Shown here one piece after another: positions 9,074 through 19,230 of a stretch of 64,000 nucleotides of DNA. Each line of letters opens with the position of its first letter. Position 1 is the first letter of the stretch. The DNA is from Methylophilales bacterium 28-44-11 (GTDB lineage: Bacteria > Pseudomonadota > Gammaproteobacteria > Burkholderiales > Methylophilaceae). A model generated the notes under the pieces. It was not told the origin of the DNA. It worked only from the letters and a program-made list of their open reading frames with translations, and searched no databases. The stretch lies in NCBI GenBank assembly GCA_002281475.1, contig NCGC01000001.1, positions 21,264 through 85,263 on the forward strand, in the 5' to 3' direction. The position numbers and the translations under genes are program-made.

Positions 9074-10111
9074 ATGCGAACCCAAGATTTCGATTTTTAT
9101 TTACCTTCTGAGCTGATTGCACAACATCCCACTGAAAAAAGAAGAGGTAGCCGCCTTCTTCACTTGGATGGGAATACAGGCCATATCACAGACAGCACTT
9201 TCGCAACCCTTACCCAATGGTTGAGCCCTAAAGATCTGATTATCTTTAACGATACCCGTGTCATCAAGGCGCGCTTATTTGGTGTGAAGTCCACCGGAGG
9301 CAATGTTGAAGTGATGATCGAGCGCGTGATCAACGATCACGAAGCGCTGGCACATGTTCGTGCATCGCGCGCGCCCAAAGCCGGCGCGACACTCCTACTT
9401 GAGGGCGCCATTGAGATGATTGTGACTGGTCGCGAAAATGATTTATTTCAACTGCGGTGCTTACATCATCACTCTTTGTATGATCTGCTAGAGCAATATG
9501 GGCATTTACCTTTGCCACCCTATATTACGCATGCTGCAGCAGTTGAAGACGAGTCACGCTATCAAACTGTTTATGCCAAACATGCTGGCGCAGTAGCGGC
9601 ACCCACGGCGGGCTTACATTTTGATGAGCTCATGCTTGCTGATATTCAATCCATGGGAGTCAACATTGGCTACGTCACTTTACATGTTGGCGCCGGCACA
9701 TTTCAACCCGTTAAGGTAGATGACATCAGTGCGCACAAAATGCACAGTGAGCGTTATCAGATTCCTGCAGAAACGGTTGAACTGATTGAACAAACCAAAC
9801 GAAAAGGTGGTCGTGTCATCGCAGTAGGCACTACTGCGCTAAGAGCTTTAGAGAGCGCAGCCCAACATGACCCCATTTCATCAACCAGTGGTGAAACCAA
9901 TATATTTATTACGCCAGGCTATCAGTTTAAGGTGGTAGATAGACTACTGACCAATTTTCATTTACCCAAAAGTACACTCATGATGTTAGTGTCTGCTTTT
10001 GCGCAACATACGCATGTGATGGCAGCTTACCAGCATGCTGTGCATCACCAATACCGTTTTTTTAGCTACGGTGATGCTATGTTAATTGAACGTGCGAATC
10101 TTAGTGATTGA
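9074..10111 (+). CDS. queA: S-adenosylmethionine:tRNA ribosyltransferase-isomerase
   Basis: GAVAAPTAGLHF, TNFHLPKSTL, FFSYGDAM. Confidence 0.98.
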   Translation: MRTQDFDFYLPSELIAQHPTEKRRGSRLLHLDGNTGHITDSTFATLTQWLSPKDLIIFNDTRVIKARLFGVKSTGGNVEVMIERVINDHEALAHVRASRAPKAGATLLLEGAIEMIVTGRENDLFQLRCLHHHSLYDLLEQYGHLPLPPYITHAAAVEDESRYQTVYAKHAGAVAAPTAGLHFDELMLADIQSMGVNIGYVTLHVGAGTFQPVKVDDISAHKMHSERYQIPAETVELIEQTKRKGGRVIAVGTTALRALESAAQHDPISSTSGETNIFITPGYQFKVVDRLLTNFHLPKSTLMMLVSAFAQHTHVMAAYQHAVHHQYRFFSYGDAMLIERANLSD

Positions 10112-10180
10112 ACTTACATGTTTGCATCATCACTAATCAATAAATATATGTAGAAAAATTTTATCAACAAGGATTATAAA

Positions 10181-11065
10181 TTGCGTATTTCAAATTTTCA
10201 CCCTATGACCTTTTTGGCGCTCAGTGTTGTCGTATTGTTTTGCACACCGTTATATGCCGAAGTATTGCCACAAGCCGAGTTAAGCATCAAGATCCCACTC
10301 ATCAAAAAGCCTACCACACGCCCTATGACGGTAGCGTATATGCCTATTCATCAAAACTACTACATTGCAGATGGTGGATTGGCGCCAATGGGCTCTGAAT
10401 TTGAGGCACCAATCTCTAAATCCGAAATACATGCCTATTCTAAAGATGGCAAATATATCAATTCAGCCAAGCCAGGTTATGACAACCGGTCTATTTACTT
10501 TAACCCAAATACCAGCAAATTAGAGACGGTGACCTACAACATTTCCACAGGTGCTGGCTTTTCACCCAACACAGGAATTTACTCGATTGACTTATCCGAG
10601 ACTGGTGAAGTACAAGACACTTCGGGTGAAGTCATTCAATTCAATCCCGCTTTTGGTGACGCTGCCACCATGCCAAGTTACGATCCAGAAACCAACCACT
10701 ACTTTGCTAAACAGGAACGTAGCAATAAGGTGTTTATCGTGGATCCAAAAAACCGCGAAAAAGTGGGTGAGATCACATTAGACTTCAAAACACCCAATGT
10801 TTTACACGATGACATTAGTGACCACTTTATTGCTTACTCAGGCATTAAAGGCAATGAATTGGTATTGCTCGATGTTGACCATAAAGCTGTATTGGTTTAT
10901 GACTTGACGGGTAAATTTGTGGGAAAAAGTGAATTGCCAAAAGAGATGAAACTACGTGCTCAAAATCATTACAACGGCACTGGTTACACCAACGACATGT
11001 TATTTGTTTACCACGAAACAGAAGGCGAATTTGGCACCTACTACGGTTTTAAAGTGGTTAAATAA
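10181..11065 (+). CDS. exported hypothetical protein (beta-rich, possibly propeller)
   Basis: signal-peptide-like N-terminus; long ORF followed by terminator; start may be ATG at 10205. Confidence 0.7.
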   Translation: MRISNFHPMTFLALSVVVLFCTPLYAEVLPQAELSIKIPLIKKPTTRPMTVAYMPIHQNYYIADGGLAPMGSEFEAPISKSEIHAYSKDGKYINSAKPGYDNRSIYFNPNTSKLETVTYNISTGAGFSPNTGIYSIDLSETGEVQDTSGEVIQFNPAFGDAATMPSYDPETNHYFAKQERSNKVFIVDPKNREKVGEITLDFKTPNVLHDDISDHFIAYSGIKGNELVLLDVDHKAVLVYDLTGKFVGKSELPKEMKLRAQNHYNGTGYTNDMLFVYHETEGEFGTYYGFKVVK

Positions 11066-11088
11066 ACGCTTTACGATTTTAGACATAC

Positions 11089-11133
11089 ATAACCATAAAA
11101 AACCGCACTAAAGTGCGGTTTTTTTATAGTTAT
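11089..11133. terminator. bidirectional intrinsic terminator
   Basis: ATAAAAAACCGCACT-AA-AGTGCGGTTTTTTTAT between convergent genes. Confidence 0.88.
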
Positions 11134-11158
11134 GTTACGACGCTATCGCGTTCTGATG

Positions 11159-11662
11159 TTATTTGCCTATCGCTGCCGCCAATTTTCCTGAAGCCAGTCC
11201 AAATAAGGCACCAATCACAGTGGATATAATCACCAATACGACTGGGTTAGTAGCGTCCATAACAGTAACATTGGCTGCTGTACCTGCCGTGAGTGCTAGC
11301 CCTGCAGTGGCCGCATAACCATATACATTTGCGGGCACCACTGATAGCAAATTACACCCAGCGATAATCACTAGTAAAAATACCGTCACCGTAATAATGA
11401 GGGGCACTGCCAATACGCCCAAGCCTTCTAACATGCCAGAACTCACCAAAAATAATGCAAGGCCAGCAATGACTGCACCATACGACATACCAGCGATAGT
11501 TTTTTGTAATGCTGCTGTATCGCCTCCGGTATGGAAAAAACATGCCCATGCGATAAACCCTACCCATACCAATGCAATAGTTGCCAATGGATTAAGTGCT
11601 AAAAATGCCCAAACGCCCCCTAAAACTGCGATACTCACTGCCAATGCTGTTAACTTCGACAT
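11159..11662 (-). CDS. DUF1097 family membrane protein
   Basis: WVGFIAWACFFHTGG, VPANVYGYA; GGAG RBS before MSKLT. Confidence 0.8.
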   Translation of the reverse strand: MSKLTALAVSIAVLGGVWAFLALNPLATIALVWVGFIAWACFFHTGGDTAALQKTIAGMSYGAVIAGLALFLVSSGMLEGLGVLAVPLIITVTVFLLVIIAGCNLLSVVPANVYGYAATAGLALTAGTAANVTVMDATNPVVLVIISTVIGALFGLASGKLAAAIGK

Positions 11663-11872
11663 ACTGTTCTCCCTTGTTTTGGTCTTGCTCATTTTTAAAA
11701 AAAGTCTTGTAAGTAATAACGTTAGACCTGTCATGCTTATGTCATATGGCGCACATAAGACATCACAAGACTAACTGAAACGCAGTCTAGTCCCATTTTG
11801 GTGCATGATGCAAGTTTTTTAAAAAGTGATCGCCCTAGATTAGGGCAAGAGAAGAGTGGAGTGAGTGGCTTT

Positions 11873-12466
11873 TTAACGAGAGGCGAACACGAAGTCCCAA
11901 TGTTTGCGCCATGTATTGACAACTAAATTTGGATATTGAGGCTTACCCAAACTTCCATTATATCGACCAAGCGCACGATAATAGTTGCCACGCTCAATGT
12001 CTAAGTAATGCCTTAAAATTGTGCATCCGTAGCGTAGATTCAGACGCATATCGAATAAGTTATGTTCTTGGGTGCCAATGCTACGCACCCAAAATGGCAT
12101 GACTTGCATATATCCGCGAGCACCAACACTAGAAACTGCATATTTTTTAAAGCCGCTTTCGACTTGAATTAAACCTAACACAACTTGTGGATCTAGCCCA
12201 GCACGCGTGGCCTCATAATGCACCGATTTTAAGAAATCAATCCTGTACTTTTCATCGGGAATACGCTTTTGTAGTCTTACGGACATTTGATTTAACCAAA
12301 TCTCGCCTTCTGCTGGATTATCGAATAGCAAGCGTGGGGCAGCTAAATCGCTGATGGATTTTTGCATAAGCGCTTTGACGCTATTGGATAGCGGTTCTTC
12401 GCGCTGGCCACCTGCAAAGCAAGTGGTCACTAGAGTCATCAATATAATAAAAAGTGTGTGACGCAT
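11873..12466 (-). CDS. lytic transglycosylase (SLT domain)
   Basis: IQVESGF, GARGYMQVMP, ALGRYNG. Confidence 0.92.
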   Translation of the reverse strand: MRHTLFIILMTLVTTCFAGGQREEPLSNSVKALMQKSISDLAAPRLLFDNPAEGEIWLNQMSVRLQKRIPDEKYRIDFLKSVHYEATRAGLDPQVVLGLIQVESGFKKYAVSSVGARGYMQVMPFWVRSIGTQEHNLFDMRLNLRYGCTILRHYLDIERGNYYRALGRYNGSLGKPQYPNLVVNTWRKHWDFVFASR

Positions 12467-12473
12467 GTTTTGG

Positions 12474-14183
12474 TTAGGCTGTTAATACCTGTTGTATAAA
12501 AGTTAATGTATCCGTCAAGGCTAGCGCTTGCGCATCTGGCGATTTACGTGACTTATATTCCACTTTACCTTCTGCCAAGCCACGGTCGCCGATGACAATC
12601 CGATGTGGAATCCCAATCAAATCGCTTTCTGCAAACATCACGCCTGGCCGCTCATTTCTATCGTCTAACAACACATCTACCCCAGCCGCTTTTAAATCCG
12701 CGTAAAGTTGCAATGTTGTGGTCTTGACCTGTTCACTTTTATCCATGCCGATAGGGCAAATGACAACAGCAAACGGCGCCATACTCAGCGGAAAAATAAT
12801 GCCTTTATCATCATTGCCTTGTTCAATGGCTGCACCCACAATACGAGATACCCCTATGCCATAACAACCCATTTCCAACACTTGTGATTGACCATTTTCA
12901 TCTAGGTAAGTCGCTTGCATTGCCTGAGCATATTTAGTACGCAATTGGAAAATATGCCCCACCTCAATGCCACGACACAAGGACAATTCCCCTTTACCGT
13001 CTGGGCTGATGTCACCCGCAGTCACATTGCGAATATCAGCCACTAAACTAGGCTCTGGTAAATCACGAGCAAAATTCACGCCAGCCAAATGAAACTTGGG
13101 TTTATTGGCGCCACAAATAAAGTCACTCATGGCCGCAACGGTGCTGTCTGCAATGATATGCACGTGTGGCTCCACATTAACTGGGCCAATAAAACCCGGT
13201 GGGCAATGCAAGTTGGCGCGAATTTCTTCTTCAGTCGCTAGCCTAAAATCGGTCATTCCTGACAATTTTGTCAGTTTTACTTCGTTTAACATATGGTCGC
13301 CACGGAGTAGCGCTAAGTAAAATTTTTCTTGTGCAACAAATGCTACCGCTTTCACCGTGCGCTCAATGCTCACCCCCAATAGCTTAGCCACCTCTTCACA
13401 AGCTGTTTGCTTAGGCGTGTCCACCTCGCGTATTGCTTCGTTGGCAGGGCTACGTTTGTGGGTTGTTACCGCTTCTGCCAATTCGACGTTAGCTGCATAA
13501 TCCGATTGTTCACAGTAGGCTAACGCATCTTCACCACTGTCAGCCAATACGTGAAACTCTTGGGAGCCGTCACCTCCAATAGCACCAGAATCTGCTTTTA
13601 CGGCGCGAAACTTCAAACCCAAGCGAGTAAATATGTTGCTGTAGGCATGATGCATTTCGTTATAAGTTTTTTGTAAACAGTCGTAATTGGTATGAAAAGA
13701 ATAGGCATCTTTCATCAAAAACTCACGTGCGCGCATCACGCCAAAACGGGGACGGATTTCATCACGGAACTTGGTTTGAATTTGATAAAAGTTGAGTGGT
13801 AGTTGTTTGTAACTATTAATTTCTTTACGGGCGATGTCGGTAATCACTTCTTCATGCGTAGGGCCAAAACAAAAATCGCGCGCATGCCGATCTTGAATTT
13901 TAAGCATTTGTGGACCAAACACTGCCCAGCGTCCAGTTTCTTCCCATAATTCTCTTGGTTGTACCGCAGGCATCAGCAATTCTAACGCACCCGCTTTATT
14001 CATTTCATCACGTACGATATTTTCTACTTTGCGTAACACGCGCAAGCCCAATGGCATCCAGCTATATAAACCGCTGCCCAATTTTTTGATGAGACCTGCA
14101 CGCACCATTAACTTGTGACTGATAAGCTCGGCATCGGCAGGGGCTTCTTTTTGGGTGGCAATAAAAAATTGTGAGGCGCGCAT
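12474..14183 (-). CDS. proS: proline--tRNA ligase
   Basis: [42 protein letters not shown]. Confidence 0.98.
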   Translation of the reverse strand: MRASQFFIATQKEAPADAELISHKLMVRAGLIKKLGSGLYSWMPLGLRVLRKVENIVRDEMNKAGALELLMPAVQPRELWEETGRWAVFGPQMLKIQDRHARDFCFGPTHEEVITDIARKEINSYKQLPLNFYQIQTKFRDEIRPRFGVMRAREFLMKDAYSFHTNYDCLQKTYNEMHHAYSNIFTRLGLKFRAVKADSGAIGGDGSQEFHVLADSGEDALAYCEQSDYAANVELAEAVTTHKRSPANEAIREVDTPKQTACEEVAKLLGVSIERTVKAVAFVAQEKFYLALLRGDHMLNEVKLTKLSGMTDFRLATEEEIRANLHCPPGFIGPVNVEPHVHIIADSTVAAMSDFICGANKPKFHLAGVNFARDLPEPSLVADIRNVTAGDISPDGKGELSLCRGIEVGHIFQLRTKYAQAMQATYLDENGQSQVLEMGCYGIGVSRIVGAAIEQGNDDKGIIFPLSMAPFAVVICPIGMDKSEQVKTTTLQLYADLKAAGVDVLLDDRNERPGVMFAESDLIGIPHRIVIGDRGLAEGKVEYKSRKSPDAQALALTDTLTFIQQVLTA

Positions 14184-14268
14184 AGCGTGTGTAGCCTTTT
14201 TAAGCAAATCTTGAGAAAGGGAGGATTTTATCTTGAAACCAACATTTCGTCAGCACACGATGGAAATA

Positions 14269-14892
14269 CTAGCGAGAAACTGGACTACCTTCTGGAATAT
14301 AGCCTTCTTTCCAAACGTCAAACGGCACAATGGTTGCAGGCTGACCGTTATCAAAAAACCAACTATCCACAGCAAAGCGCGCTTGATTATCTATCTGGCG
14401 AATCACCGCTGTGGTGTGTGGCCAGCCAGAGAAGAAAAAATTACGTGTGCGCGTATCTTCTACCGCATGCATTTTCATCAGCCCAGCTTGGATGAGCAAT
14501 CGCAGATAAGTGGTGGTATTAATGGCTTCATCATTGCAGTCTTGTTGCCCAGAAAACTTTGAATTTTTGAAAGTACCGGCTTTATCGAGATAGGTACCCA
14601 CTTTATTGCCTATGATTATTTCAAACTGAGCCATGGCTTTTGCAATCAAGGCACGTTCAGCTTGCGCATCTTGCGGCATAGGCGAAAACAGTTTACTAAT
14701 ACTGTCCCACTCAGCCTGCGTGAGGTGAGTGTGACTAAGGTTGGCGCATCCTCCACCCTGACAAATTTCCAAGGCATCCAAGTGCGGGGTGATGCGAAAA
14801 ATTCGGTTGATATCAGCCATGTCCGCAAATACAGGCAAGCTACATAGGCAAAGGCAAAACCTACATAACCACAGGCTTATTGGGAATCTCAT
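14269..14892 (-). CDS. exported conserved hypothetical protein, possible transglutaminase-like Cys protease fold
   Basis: signal peptide; QDCNDEA / WPHTTA / FAVDSW candidate Cys-His-Asp triad. Confidence 0.65.
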   Translation of the reverse strand: MRFPISLWLCRFCLCLCSLPVFADMADINRIFRITPHLDALEICQGGGCANLSHTHLTQAEWDSISKLFSPMPQDAQAERALIAKAMAQFEIIIGNKVGTYLDKAGTFKNSKFSGQQDCNDEAINTTTYLRLLIQAGLMKMHAVEDTRTRNFFFSGWPHTTAVIRQIDNQARFAVDSWFFDNGQPATIVPFDVWKEGYIPEGSPVSR

Positions 14893-15370
14893 TACGTTGC
14901 ATACCTTGCGGGGGAAAGCGTTGACTCATAACTGCGCCTATGGCTGCAATACCTTCGAGCACGCCAACTTCAAACGCACCTTCTCTGAAACGTAACTCCA
15001 TGGCATGGCAAATAGTCTCCCAGCCAGCATCGCCCACAAAACGGTGAATACCTCTATCAGCCACAATTTCTACGTCATGGTCGGCCAATAACAAATAGAT
15101 GAGCACGCCATTGTTGTGTTCGGTATCCCAAATATTGAGCTGTCCAAATAATTCAATAGCGCGCTTTCTCGGCGATTTACGGTACCAAATCTCCATGGGC
15201 TCAAGACCAGTTTCTACGACAAAGCGGATTTCTCCCGCGTGCATTGTTTCACTGGTGGCAATAGCGCGTTCGATATTATTCAGCGCTTGTTTAGAGAAAT
15301 AACGGCCCAACCAGAATGGGGAGCTGAATAAATGCCTAAAAAAACGAATCACTGGATGTTGTCTTTTCAT
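14861..15370 (-). CDS. TPM domain protein
   Basis: GEIRFVVE, WDTEHNNGVLIYLLLADHDVEIVADRG; ATG 1 nt after upstream stop. Confidence 0.88.
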   Translation of the reverse strand: MKRQHPVIRFFRHLFSSPFWLGRYFSKQALNNIERAIATSETMHAGEIRFVVETGLEPMEIWYRKSPRKRAIELFGQLNIWDTEHNNGVLIYLLLADHDVEIVADRGIHRFVGDAGWETICHAMELRFREGAFEVGVLEGIAAIGAVMSQRFPPQGMQRNEIPNKPVVM

Positions 15371-15371
15371 T

Positions 15372-16292
15372 TTACCAATCTCCAGAAGCTCCGCCGCCGC
15401 CAAAACCGCCACCACCACCCGAGAATATATCTCTTCCACCAAAACCGCCGCCACCATAACCACCGGGCAAACCACCAAAGCCGCCGCCACGGCTACCTCC
15501 CATAGCTAAGGTAAAAACAAAGGCCGCCAACACAACCAGTACAATCGTGAGAATGGCACCACCTAATATCCATACTATCAATCCTAAAGCACCGCTATTC
15601 AAGGCACTACCAAAAAACTTGCCAAATAAGCCGCGCAATACCATGCCTGAAAAGATGGCCACAAACATTAAAATGGGTAACAGATCAAAAAATGATGTTT
15701 TAGCACTTGCTGATGCTTTGGGTGCGGGCAATGCCTCGCCTGAAATCAGCGCCATCACTTGATCCGTTGCCGCATTCAGGCCTCCTGCAAAATCGCCTTG
15801 GCGAAAATATGGGGCCATGACATCACTGACAATCCGCTTGGCAATGGCATCTGGAATCGCGCCTTCTAAACCATAGCCCACTTCCACGCGCATTTTTCGA
15901 TCATTTTTAGCAACCACGACCAGCACGCCGTCATCTTCTTTTTCACGCCCGATCTTCCAAGCTTCTGCCACGCGCAAGCTATATTGGGCAATGTCTTCAG
16001 GTTGCGTCGTGGGCACAATCAGCACAGCGATTTGGCTGCCTTTTTGCTGTGCAAAACTCGCTAGTTTTTGGGCGAGTGCTTGTTGCTCAGGTGCGGACAA
16101 AGTATTGGTGACGTCAGTCACTGGCGTAGTCAGGGCGGGAATCGGCTGCAAGCCATCGGCGGTTGCTGCCCTTGCTGATGTGATACCTAACATAAGCCCA
16201 AGCGCGACCCACCCAAGCATACCCACATAGGCTGCCCACTTTGCGTGAACAGCCTGATGTATAGCTTTGGCAAATGTCATGTGCAGGAACAT
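15372..16292 (-). CDS. TPM domain protein (YgcG family) with Gly-rich tail
   Basis: RVEVGYGLEGAIPD, FSGGGGGFGGGGASGDW. Confidence 0.92.
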   Translation of the reverse strand: MFLHMTFAKAIHQAVHAKWAAYVGMLGWVALGLMLGITSARAATADGLQPIPALTTPVTDVTNTLSAPEQQALAQKLASFAQQKGSQIAVLIVPTTQPEDIAQYSLRVAEAWKIGREKEDDGVLVVVAKNDRKMRVEVGYGLEGAIPDAIAKRIVSDVMAPYFRQGDFAGGLNAATDQVMALISGEALPAPKASASAKTSFFDLLPILMFVAIFSGMVLRGLFGKFFGSALNSGALGLIVWILGGAILTIVLVVLAAFVFTLAMGGSRGGGFGGLPGGYGGGGFGGRDIFSGGGGGFGGGGASGDW

Positions 16293-16325
16293 GCCAATTT
16301 ACTTAACACAGACCACTAAAAACAA

Positions 16326-16925
16326 TTAGTTCGAACCACCAAAATCAACTTTAGGAGGCGATGAAATTGCTTTTTCATTTTCTACTGTAAAAGAAGGTTT
16401 TGGATCGTAGTCAAACATCATCGCGGTTAAGTTATTAGGAAAACTACGTACCGCAATGTTGTACGCTTTTACAGATTCAATATAACGATTACGCGCCACA
16501 GTCACACGGTTTTCAGTGCCCTCTAACTGTGCCTGCAAGTCTCTAAAGCCTTGGTCCGCTTTTAAGTTAGGATAATTTTCAGCCACGGCCATCAAGCGAG
16601 ATAAAGCGCTGGTGAGTTGACCTTGTGCGGCTTGAAATTTCGCAAATGCCTCAGGGTCATTTAACACTTCTGGCGTGACTTGCATACTGCCTACTCTAGA
16701 GCGCGCATCAGCCACTTCGGTAAGCACTTCTTTTTCGTGCGCAGCATAGCCTTTCACTGTTTCAACCAAGTTGGGCACTAAGTCGGCACGGCGTTGATAC
16801 TGGTTCAATACTTCTGACCAACTCGCCTTGGTTTCTTCATCTAGTGTTTGAAACGTGTTGTAGCCACACCCCGATAACGAAAGCACTAACAGCAACGGCA
16901 CCCATTTTATGAATATATTACGCAT
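16326..16925 (-). CDS. lemA: LemA family lipoprotein
   Basis: LSGCGYN, QRRADLVPNLV, ENYPNLKA, TENRVTVARNRY. Confidence 0.95.
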   Translation of the reverse strand: MRNIFIKWVPLLLVLSLSGCGYNTFQTLDEETKASWSEVLNQYQRRADLVPNLVETVKGYAAHEKEVLTEVADARSRVGSMQVTPEVLNDPEAFAKFQAAQGQLTSALSRLMAVAENYPNLKADQGFRDLQAQLEGTENRVTVARNRYIESVKAYNIAVRSFPNNLTAMMFDYDPKPSFTVENEKAISSPPKVDFGGSN

Positions 16926-16992
16926 GCTTCACTCCTCCTTGATTCAAAATATTATTTAACTTAATAATGGTGGTCAAACCGCAAAATTCAAG

Positions 16993-17631
16993 CTACGTTT
17001 GCTGCAATCTTTCACTAGCTGCTTTTTGTACGTGTGCTTTTGCCGCACACATAATCTGCCAAGCCTCTCGTTTAAGGGACGGATTTTCCATTAATTGTTT
17101 AGGGTGTGGCACCACCCAACAACAACTTTCATCATGCAGATAAGGCTGTTCTGTTGTGCCTTCAAACGTCACAGCTTTGCCCAACAACGCCTGTGCTGCT
17201 TCTAATCCAAACAGCAAAGTATTGGCCGATTGATAACGCGCCAATGTTTCACTCTGATGCACCAACAGATAGTCGGTTGAAAGTAATTGCATCGCTCGCA
17301 CCATATTATTTAATAGTGTGAGTGCATCTTGGTCTGTCGCCTCATCCAATGGACAATACAGCATCCATGCCACTTTCTGCTTCACTTCCACCACTACTCC
17401 TTGTATTGAAGGCGGTGTGGGCTCCACTTCTATGGGTCTAGCTATCACATCCTGCTTATCGATTACTTCTACCTGATTTTCGACCACTTCAGCCTGATTA
17501 TTAAGCACTTCAGAAGGCGCAACTATTTGCATTTCCGTTGGTGATGTTTGTTGTGTAGCCCATGTTGAATTTAATGTCCAAACGGGCAACAACTCCAACT
17601 CTCGCATCACATCTTCGCGCGTCATTGTCAT
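16993..17631 (-). CDS. degenerate uracil-DNA glycosylase family 4-like protein
   Basis: position after rimI; LLNNMV, GLEAAQALLG, HPKQL..P..KREAW remnants; catalytic and Fe-S motifs missing. Confidence 0.65.
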   Translation of the reverse strand: MTMTREDVMRELELLPVWTLNSTWATQQTSPTEMQIVAPSEVLNNQAEVVENQVEVIDKQDVIARPIEVEPTPPSIQGVVVEVKQKVAWMLYCPLDEATDQDALTLLNNMVRAMQLLSTDYLLVHQSETLARYQSANTLLFGLEAAQALLGKAVTFEGTTEQPYLHDESCCWVVPHPKQLMENPSLKREAWQIMCAAKAHVQKAASERLQQT

Positions 17632-18089
17632 AAAGCCAATCCCATTAAAATTGCATCTTCTCTACCCTGATGCGCTGGGTAATATCCTTTACGAACAGCC
17701 ATCTCACAAAATCCCAGCTGCTCATATAAAAGGATGGCCACTGTATTGCTGGTACGTACCTCTAAAAACATATGCGCAGCATGGTGACGTTTTGCCATTT
17801 CAAGCATATGCTCTAGCAAGTATTTGCCCAAGCCCTTTTTTTGATGCGCTTTTGCCACACTGATATTCAGCAAATGGGCTTCGTCCAACACCATCATCAT
17901 TAAAGCGTAGCCAATAATGACATTCTGATGCAGCAACACCCAAGCACTATAGCCAGACTTGAGCGAATCGCTAAAATTTCCACGCGTCCATGGATGTGAA
18001 TAAATAGTGGGTTCAATCACCATGATCGCATCTAAATCTTCCATTTGCATGGGGCGCAACGCAAATGCTTGCTTGAGCACAGCACTCAT
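17628..18089 (-). CDS. rimI: ribosomal protein S18 alanine N-acetyltransferase
   Basis: EAHLLNISV, FLEVRTSN, RKGYYP..REDAILM. Confidence 0.95.
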   Translation of the reverse strand: MSAVLKQAFALRPMQMEDLDAIMVIEPTIYSHPWTRGNFSDSLKSGYSAWVLLHQNVIIGYALMMMVLDEAHLLNISVAKAHQKKGLGKYLLEHMLEMAKRHHAAHMFLEVRTSNTVAILLYEQLGFCEMAVRKGYYPAHQGREDAILMGLAL

Positions 18090-18775
18090 AAACGCAATCC
18101 TTGCGTGCGCTCTTGTGTGGTCAATGCCACGCGGTTACGAATATAAATGGGTGCGACTTCGTGTGCAGCTTGTGTTAAACCAGCCTCAAACAATGGTTGT
18201 GCCAAGGCCAACACTGCCTGTGCCGTTGGCGTAACCTGAGGCAAAATCGCCTTTAATTGCGATGCATACTTTGATTGCAATATAGGCTCATACGCAGCCC
18301 AGCCACTGCCAGCGCCCACCCAGCCGCCGCCATCCAATGCAGGCACTAGCTCAGGCTTGCACACAATCGCCGGACTGATGGTTTGCCAAATGGCATCTTT
18401 AAGTGCGTAAGCAGCAAAGTAAATCTCACCCATGCGCGCGTCTTGGCACACAATCACCTGTTGCTCGCCGCTGGCTTGTGCCACTGCCATCAAGGTATGT
18501 ACCGCGACCACTGGCAGATTTGCACCAAACGCTAAGCCCTGCGCAACTCCACAAGCTATGCGCACGCCGGTAAATGCACCTGGGCCTGCGCCAAACGCAA
18601 TGCCGTCAAGATCAGCTAGCTTCATGCTAGCCTGCTCAAGTAAGCGCTCAATTTCGGGCAATATACGTTGCGAAGAAGTCGCGCCAGTCTCTGCATTAAA
18701 TGACCATAAGCGTTCGTCTACCTGTAATGCGATAGATAAAAATTCTGTGGAGGTATCAAAAGTCAGTAAATTCAT
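18086..18775 (-). CDS. tsaB: tRNA threonylcarbamoyladenosine biosynthesis protein
   Basis: DTST, GPGAFTGVRI, DARMGEIY, PIYIR. Confidence 0.96.
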   Translation of the reverse strand: MNLLTFDTSTEFLSIALQVDERLWSFNAETGATSSQRILPEIERLLEQASMKLADLDGIAFGAGPGAFTGVRIACGVAQGLAFGANLPVVAVHTLMAVAQASGEQQVIVCQDARMGEIYFAAYALKDAIWQTISPAIVCKPELVPALDGGGWVGAGSGWAAYEPILQSKYASQLKAILPQVTPTAQAVLALAQPLFEAGLTQAAHEVAPIYIRNRVALTTQERTQGLRL

Positions 18776-18819
18776 TGCGTTAATAGTTGAAAAAAAAGAT
18801 GGGTAAGTAATGCGAAAAA

Positions 18820-19230
18820 TTATTCGCCCATTTTGCCATAATCTATCCGCCCACGTCCCTGCTTGATTTCTCCGCGCTTTAATTTTCCTTCAATTCGGCG
18901 ACGCTTTGATGCGAGTGTTGGGCGTGTGGCATAACGAGTCGGCGTTACTTGATTGGCGGCATTGACTATCTCATGTAAACGTTTAATCGCATCTTTTTTA
19001 TTGGCCTCTTGCGTGCGATATTGTTGTGCTTTGAGAATCAACACACCTTCATCAGTAATTCGGCTATCTTTACTATTGAGCAAACGCGCTTTCAACCAAT
19101 CACTTAATGAAGAAGCAGGAATATCAAAGCGCAAATGGATTGCGCTTGAAACCTTATTTACATTCTGCCCGCCCGCACCTTGGGCGCGTATGGCCGTGAG
19201 TTGATAATCACTTTCTAATAACACAATCAC
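18820..19230 (-). CDS. arfB: alternative ribosome rescue peptidyl-tRNA hydrolase
   Basis: RAQGAGGQNVNKVSSA; basic C-terminal tail. Confidence 0.94.
   Translation of the reverse strand: MIVLLESDYQLTAIRAQGAGGQNVNKVSSAIHLRFDIPASSLSDWLKARLLNSKDSRITDEGVLILKAQQYRTQEANKKDAIKRLHEIVNAANQVTPTRYATRPTLASKRRRIEGKLKRGEIKQGRGRIDYGKMGE

Noticed and set aside
11789-11847. NtrC-like sites upstream of the DUF1097 gene (AGTCC-N7-GTGCA and CGCCC-N7-GGGCA)
   Set aside because: Matches are degenerate and no sigma54 GG-N10-GC promoter was found downstream on the coding strand.
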